DNA of 64,000 nt, taken from the human T2T-CHM13v2.0 reference genome, Homo sapiens. Below are positions 60,560 through 64,000 of the stretch, piece by piece. The position numbers were made by a program, and so were the translations under genes. The notes under the pieces were generated by a model, which did no database searches, was not told where the DNA came from, and saw only the letters and a list, made by a program, of their open reading frames with translations. The stretch lies in the NCBI RefSeq assembly GCF_009914755.1, contig NC_060943.1. One strand, written 5' to 3'. Within the stretch, counting starts at the first letter, position 1. Every line of letters begins with the position of its first letter.

Positions 60560-61328
60560 AGTCAGTCCATACATTACAACAGTGACAGCAAAGTAGCATG
60601 TCTGACTCCATCTGGCATCTAGTCTCTGGCTGGCTATCCTCACTCATTCCTGGGCATAGGCCAGGCTAACCTTGGGAGGAATTTAATTTATGGTTTGACT
60701 TTGAAGCAAGAATCACAAAACTTCCTCCATGAAACTAACACCCTTACTTTGCCCAGGGTTGGCCTTTGTCAAACTAGTGAAAGACCATGAGATTAAGATT
60801 ATAGGAGGGAACTGAATTCTGCTAAAATGTTGGCACAGTTTCTATAATTCCTGACTGCTGCAATGTTGTTTGGCCAGAGTTTACAAAATTTGTAACTAAT
60901 TGCTCCTATAGATAACATCACTATTGTAGAACATGAGATTGGTCTTTTGAGATGTTTCTCATTTTTTGCATTCTGGCAACCGGCTGACCTCATTCATACC
61001 TATGACTAATGGCTCAGCCAGTCATGTGGTCCCTACCTGGAGGCAGATTCGAGCACAAACAGATCATTTCCCTCTTCCCACATGATTCCATCACCAAATA
61101 ATCAGCAGTACTCATTTTTTAGTCCTGTGCCCCTGAAACTATCCTTGAAAATCTCTAAGCCCTGATCCACTGGGGAGGCTGATTTGAGTAATAATAAACC
61201 TCTGTCCTCCTGTTTGGCAGACTTGGAGTCGTTAAAATCTTTCTTGACTAGAAACCAACATTTCAATAATTTTTTTTTTTTTTTTTTTTTTTTGTGCAGG
61301 AGGCCAGAAGATCTTGCCTGGCAATTAT
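60560..61328 (+). mobile_element. LTR8-family (LTR8B-like) solo LTR in PSG5 intron 2
   Basis: gactccatct, cattcctgggcataggcc, attgctcctatagataacatcactattgta and ggggaggctgatttgagtaataataaa match the recalled LTR8 consensus. Confidence 0.85.
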
Positions 61329-63347
61329 GAATGGATGGAGGAACTGCCTATCCCTGTCCCATTGTCTTGTCCACAGGTCAGCCTCACAAAGGGAAAGAGC
61401 CCTGGATGGGAATACAGTGGAAGCTCATTCTCTTAGTGACCTGGGGACATTGGCTCGAGATGAAGCCTGGCAGGAGTGGCAACTCCAGGTGATTTCTGCA
61501 CCTTTCCTATTTCCTGGGAGGTGGGCCAGGCCACAGTGTTAGCGGGAAGGGAACAGAACAGCCAGCCTAGTTAGAGGGAGTGTCTGGGGAAGGCCTAGGG
61601 GTGGGGGAAGAAGCTGTGCAGGACAGGGCTTGCCAGTCAGAATGAAGTGGGAGGAAGATGAGGGACACAGAGAAGCAGAGGCAGAGACACCATGGCAGTG
61701 AGCAGTGAGGGAGACACTGACTTCAGAGACCCCAGGGACCAGCTGCCCCCAGTTCCACAGTCCAGGACAAAGGAGCCCTGGGAATCCTCTGGTGGCCAAA
61801 GAGCTTCAGAGTTGCATGAGGTGGGGTGGCTTTAGGGGCAAGAGGTAGTGGGGGGATGAAACATGGGTGTCAGCCTCTGAAGGACAAGGGACAGGTGTGG
61901 CTAGAACCTCCTAGGATTCTGCATCCAACATCCAGTCTCTAAAGAGGTTTTGGATCATTCATTTCTTCATTCCATTCCTTCATTTGTTATGTGAGAGCTC
62001 CTGAGTATGTGTCTCTCGCTGGGCCTGTGCCGGAGCAGGGTCTGAGTGGGGAAAGAAAACAAAGTCCTCTCCTTGATCCTTTCATGACAGTGACATGGGC
62101 ACTTTGGGAAACACAGGATTTCAGGTTCAGTGATGGGGGTTAAGATCTGAGGGGGAGGCCTGGACATATTTTTTGCACTGACTCTGATGGTTGAGGCAGT
62201 TGATTTAGTTCTGGAGTGCAGACTAATCAGCTGACCATTTGCTCTCACTCCTCTGAGGTTTAGATGCCTAAGAAGAGAGGATTTGAGCCAATAAATGACT
62301 ATGGGGTCCTTGGAACCCAGTAAGCCCTCACTTCTGGTGGAGAAGATGGGCCTGTGGCTGCAGACAGACCTCATGTGACCCTGATCTCCCCCTTTGGGTT
62401 TGTGTGACTCTGGTTCAGTGACTGTGCCTTCCTGTGCCTCAGTTTTCTCTCAATCAAATAAGCTAAGTGGCAAATGGACTGTGGCTTTTCATGCTATCTG
62501 TGAATAAATGTTAAATGATTCAGTCACCTGACCTAATGCTTGGCACAGTGGAGGTTTCACACAAACAGCATTTATTATTAATTTGCTTCCATGAGAAAGC
62601 ACCTTTACGTCAGATCCCTGTGGACAAGCTGCTACCAGGTACATCTTCTCCCTTCTGTTTATGCTTCTGGGGACATTAGACTTTCTATGGACTGTCCTAA
62701 GCCTCCTAAAGCAGTTGGCTGATGTCCTACAAAGCTTGTCTTTCTGTCCTCTCCACTCTGAGTGTCAGGTGAAGAAAGCTCTGTCTTTGCCCAGATGAGG
62801 CTCTGAGGGCTGAGCCCTGGCTGGTGAGCAGCTCCAGGAGACACAGTCCTCAGACAGCTGGTAAATTCTTGGTCCCAGTAAGGCCTGCCCAATAAGCCAC
62901 AACCCAGCACTGGCACAGGCTCCTCAGCTTAACTGGAGCAAGGATTTAGGGACAGAGGTCTGGGGTTGAGGCTTCTAGGGCTGAGCTTCTCTGAGGGTCT
63001 CAGGGGGCCCCTCAGGCCAAAGCCCTACTCAGTTCTCCAGGGTCTTTCTCAGGGTCAAATTTATGAAGAGGGCATGAGGTGCTTGGCTGAGACTGATCTC
63101 CTCCTGCTGAGTCCCCCCATCAGACTGTCCTTCCTCTGCAGCGAGTGTCTGCAGGGTCTGGATGCGGGAAAGGAATTCTGATCTGTTGAAATTTGTCTCC
63201 TCTGTGTGTGTCCTGCACTAAATGCCCAAACCGCAGCATGGGACATAATGCAGAGAGGGACACAGGCACAGTCCAGGCCTGACAATCCTGTGTGTGTGAA
63301 GTAGAAATGACCCCTGTCCCCCAACACCCAGGGATCATGTGGAATCA

Positions 63348-63803
<456 letters not shown>

Positions 63804-63822
63804 TCAATCCTCAGCCTTGAAG

Positions 63823-63853
<31 letters not shown>

Positions 63854-63893
63854 AAAGGTGCATGTTAGTTTGTGTGTGTGTATGTGTGTGTGT
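63823..63893. repeat. (CA)n and (TG)n microsatellites in PSG5 intron 1
   Basis: Seen directly. Confidence 0.9.
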
Positions 63894-64000
63894 CCTACTG
63901 TCCTACTAGGTCAAGGTCAGCAGCGTGACCCCTATTCCTTCAACACTTCTGACCTTGGCATTTTTGTATGGAATCCTCTTCCCCAGGGGTCCACACGGCA

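Overview
Primate (human-like) genomic DNA from the CEACAM/PSG cluster. The right third holds most of a minus-strand pregnancy-specific glycoprotein gene whose exons match PSG5: N exon 63353-63718, A2 54434-54712, B2 53779-54033, C exon 48623-48706 and a non-coding last exon at about 46310-46771. The leader exon and promoter lie beyond the window. An intact but weak-acceptor A1 exon and a frameshifted B1 pseudo-exon are also present. The rest is repeat-rich, non-coding DNA (Alu, L1, L2, MIR, MaLR, ERV1/ERVL/ERVK LTRs, hAT and Tigger elements). The first ~35 kb has no recognisable CEACAM/PSG sequence and meets the PSG block at an abrupt Alu/L1 junction near 35362. I found no wholly new biological system. 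The most interesting structure is the 3' end of PSG5: a relic CEACAM membrane-anchor exon, several latent C-terminal exons, an ERV-derived last exon and poly(A) site, a readable A-B duplication breakpoint, and a set of LTR families linked to trophoblast enhancers. Gene and repeat-family names come from my recall of consensus sequences, not from a database search.
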